Source of the DNA: an uncultured Nitrospiraceae bacterium
GTDB taxonomy: Bacteria > Nitrospirota > Thermodesulfovibrionia > Thermodesulfovibrionales > Dissulfurispiraceae
DNA length: 64,000 bases
Direction of reading: 5' to 3'
Assembly: GCA_963727805.1 (NCBI GenBank)
Contig: CAVSHF010000005.1
Location: 160,001-224,000, forward strand
How positions within the stretch are numbered: the stretch's first letter is position 1; every line of letters starts with the position of its first letter. Under the pieces are notes generated by a model, which saw only the letters and a program-made list of their open reading frames with translations, ran no database searches and was not told where the DNA came from. Positions 61,467 through 64,000 of this stretch are shown in pieces. A program made the position numbers and the translations under genes.

Positions 61467-62393
61467 CTATTTCTTCCTGCGGTCCATGCGAAAGCAGCTT
61501 CCTGAGACCGACTTACTGCAATGTTTCATTTCCGCAGCGATCTGGCTAATTTCGCTATAATGGGCAAAACTGCGGTATTTATTGTGGCTGATGCCTATGG
61601 ATAGGGTCATGATTGGAAAAGTCTTCTCCTTGCCCTCTCGGTCAAGCGAAGCGATCCGCCCCCTTTCCCTGTCGACGGTGTCATAAAACGTGACAATCAG
61701 TTTGTCGAAATACTCCGTTATCCTGCGCGATGCCTCTTCGACCTCGTTGACCTCCATTATAAGAATAAAATCGTCGCCTCCCACATGTCCGACAAAGCTC
61801 CCATGAGGCTGCTGCTCCTTGACGATATTGAGGATCAGCCGGCCGACCATCTTCAGCACCTCATCGCCCCTGCTGAAGCCATACTTATCATTGAATGGTT
61901 TAAAAAAATCGATGTCGGCATACCCTACAGCAAAGATGTCACCCCTGTCGATCCTGTTCTGAATCTGCTTCGTGATCGTTATGTTTCCGGGCAACCTCGT
62001 CAGCGGGTTGAACTCGACGATCCGCTCGGCCCTAAAAAAACCCAGTTCGACCCTTTTCCTAAGCTCGCTCTCAACCCTGGACCTCCTGACGTAATCGTCT
62101 GCAAGGAGGTGCTCCCATGATGGTATCTGAAAATCCTCTGAAAACAGTGCAATAACCGGTATCTGGCCAAAGATAGGATCGCTTTTGAGATCGTTGAGGA
62201 TGCGGATGTCCGAGGGATCATTTTCTGACAGATCGAGGATAAGAAAATCGGGCTGGGAATTATAGATGAAATCGAGTGCTGATTTAAAATCTCTGAAAAA
62301 AAGCGGGCGGCACGTTTCATGGAGCATCTTGTCAATAATGCTCGTCAGAATGATATCACGCGATATGACAAGAACAGACTTAAGTAGATCCAT
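61467..62393 (-). CDS. Atypical REC + GGDEF-domain protein
   Basis: PDFLILD, NPLTRLPGN, YADIDFFKPFNDKYGF, GHVGGDDF. Confidence 0.85.
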   Translation of the reverse strand: MDLLKSVLVISRDIILTSIIDKMLHETCRPLFFRDFKSALDFIYNSQPDFLILDLSENDPSDIRILNDLKSDPIFGQIPVIALFSEDFQIPSWEHLLADDYVRRSRVESELRKRVELGFFRAERIVEFNPLTRLPGNITITKQIQNRIDRGDIFAVGYADIDFFKPFNDKYGFSRGDEVLKMVGRLILNIVKEQQPHGSFVGHVGGDDFILIMEVNEVEEASRRITEYFDKLIVTFYDTVDRERGRIASLDREGKEKTFPIMTLSIGISHNKYRSFAHYSEISQIAAEMKHCSKSVSGSCFRMDRRKK

Positions 62394-63222
62394 CGCCAAT
62401 AAGGAAATCCCCCGCTTCATGAAGCGTATGGTCCATTTCATCGATGACCTCTCTGAGGTCGGCATCCGACAAGTTGAGAAGTTCCCATGCGGCAGGGTTT
62501 ACCTGAGGCACATAATTGTCACCGGCAAATCCAAATCCCACAGACCTTGTCAATATGTCTGATAGATGAACGATAGCGGAATGAATAGGTACAGTCTTAG
62601 AGAGACTCGGCTTATGATGATATTCGATGACCTCAACGAGCGAGAGGGGAAAGTTCCATTTCTTGGCTACCCAAGCGCCGCTCTCTGCATGGGTGATCCC
62701 GAAAACCTCCTTCTCGGCTTCCATTATCAAAATATCCTTCGCTTCAGCCTCTTTGACCACTCTTTCATAATCCTCTTTGAACCGAAGGATTAGGACGACC
62801 TTTCCGATATCATGGAGCAGGGCCGAGACCGAGATCTCTTCGGGTTCAGGGAGATTCTTCTTTTTCGCGAGTATCCGCGCAGTTACGGCACAGCCCAGTG
62901 AATGTTCCCACAGCCCCTCCATCGACTTTTGCATCACTTCGAATACCGATACCCCGAGCAAAAGGCCGCGGACGACGTTCAGTCCGAGCAGAATTAAAGC
63001 CTGCTGTACGGAGGATATCCTTCCGGGAAACCCATAAATCGGCGAATTGACCATCTTAAGTACTCGTGTAGTCAAGACAGGATCGTTGGAGATGAAATTG
63101 CCTATCTCGGTAAGCGAGATCTTCGGATTTTCAATGACGGCTAGGAGTTTTCTCAGGATACCCGGGATAGTCGGCAGCGTATCGATCTGCTCAATCTGTG
63201 CTCTAAGGAGTTTAGGATCCAT
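62380..63222 (-). CDS. HDOD domain protein
   Basis: LPTIP, DPVLTTRVLKMVNSP, LLHDIGK, HAESG..WNFP...HH. Confidence 0.92.
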   Translation of the reverse strand: MDPKLLRAQIEQIDTLPTIPGILRKLLAVIENPKISLTEIGNFISNDPVLTTRVLKMVNSPIYGFPGRISSVQQALILLGLNVVRGLLLGVSVFEVMQKSMEGLWEHSLGCAVTARILAKKKNLPEPEEISVSALLHDIGKVVLILRFKEDYERVVKEAEAKDILIMEAEKEVFGITHAESGAWVAKKWNFPLSLVEVIEYHHKPSLSKTVPIHSAIVHLSDILTRSVGFGFAGDNYVPQVNPAAWELLNLSDADLREVIDEMDHTLHEAGDFLIGDGST

Positions 63223-63228
63223 AGGCCG

Positions 63229-63525
63229 CTATTGATAAACCTCCTCTATCCGGGCTTTTATGACGCCCTTTATCACATCCATATACGGTTCCTTCCCGGT
63301 CTTTTTAAACCGGCGGTCAAGATCGGAAAGCAACTCTGCCTTCGACTTATCGGATGATGAAGCCCCCTCAATATAGATGTGGCTCAAATCCATTCTTCCC
63401 AGCCTTGCTATGAGGCTGTCGGTCAACGTGGTGCCTTCACTCAGAAGGACCATACCGGACTCATTGGTGATCGCCTTCGCCACCACCATTCCGCCCTTGA
63501 GTTCGCTTAGAGGAATTCTCTGCAC
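63229..63525 (-). CDS. Small hypothetical protein resembling the N-terminal domain of HD-GYP proteins
   Basis: LKGGMVVAKAITNESGMVLLSEGTTLT pattern; AAGGAG SD; directly upstream of the HDOD gene. Confidence 0.65.
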   Translation of the reverse strand: MQRIPLSELKGGMVVAKAITNESGMVLLSEGTTLTDSLIARLGRMDLSHIYIEGASSSDKSKAELLSDLDRRFKKTGKEPYMDVIKGVIKARIEEVYQ

Positions 63526-63684
63526 TGTATCGCTCCTTTAGTGTTTAATTATATCACAGGAGCAGTATGAAAACGTGTGTCGACGAAAAAAGTTTTAGCT
63601 CTTAAACGAAGTTTCCGTTTTACGGATTTCCTGCCGATTTTGTATCATAAGCATGTTATCTAAGAGGGACAGAGGAGAGACCAC

Positions 63685-64000
63685 ATGAAGATACGATTCC
63701 TTGGCGCTGCGCGAACAGTTACCGGCTCCTGTTTTCACCTTACCCTTAACGAAAGGCAGTTCCTCGTCGATTGCGGGATGCATCAGGGCAAGGATAGTTA
63801 TGTCGTCAACAAAACGCCTTTCCAGTTCAATCCAGAAGAGATAGAATCCATATTTTTAACCCACGCACATATCGACCATTCGGGGCTCATCCCCAGGCTC
63901 ATCGATAAGGGATTCAGAGGTAGCATAATCACTACAGCTGCTACAGCTGATCTTGCTTCGGTAATGCTTCTGGATTCAGCTCATATCCAGGAGAAGGACG
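63685..64000 (+). CDS. MBL-fold/beta-CASP metallo-hydrolase (5' part, runs off window)
   Basis: Own translation: MKIRFLGAARTVTGSCF...LVDCGMHQG...LTHAHIDHSGLIP...LLDSAHIQEKD; GAGGAG SD. Confidence 0.9.
   Translation, partial: MKIRFLGAARTVTGSCFHLTLNERQFLVDCGMHQGKDSYVVNKTPFQFNPEEIESIFLTHAHIDHSGLIPRLIDKGFRGSIITTAATADLASVMLLDSAHIQEKD

Noticed and set aside
61451..61467. 6S RNA (ssrS) often found after zapA
   Set aside because: Only 15 nt separate zapA from the convergent gene
2057..63235. Numerous antisense or off-frame ORFs in the track (e.g. 2907-3707, 9506-10222, 10134-10778, 14350-14985, 45426-46262)
   Set aside because: They overlap well-supported genes and have shadow-ORF composition

Overview
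Bacterial chromosomal window with housekeeping genes (rho, copA, rnj, ftsK, lolA, pdxA, tyrS, bioD, rlmB, pilT, secA, glgB, aroC, zapA) interspersed with accessory blocks. Gene content and style suggest a diderm anaerobe, perhaps Nitrospirota (Thermodesulfovibrionia-like) or Desulfobacterota; this is inference. Main observations: (1) one 711-aa ORF fuses serine O-acetyltransferase (CysE) in frame to cysteinyl-tRNA synthetase (CysS), with an apparently leaderless start and a strong internal Shine-Dalgarno site before the CysS moiety; (2) seven genes show a leaderless-type promoter architecture (-10 box 5-7 nt before ATG, no SD); (3) a TetR efflux operon has an RND adaptor gene fused to the last two helices of an RND pump, an apparent deletion at an 'AAL' microhomology; (4) a 2-oxoacid oxidoreductase operon has its delta-subunit motifs wrapped around a GltD-like FAD/NAD(P) module, with an intact IS4-family element (17-bp IRs, 9-bp TSD) just upstream; (5) a PilT/PilU paralogue has a duplicated N-terminal domain. 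No rRNA, tRNA or CRISPR array was recognised. All calls are by motif recognition; no searches were run.
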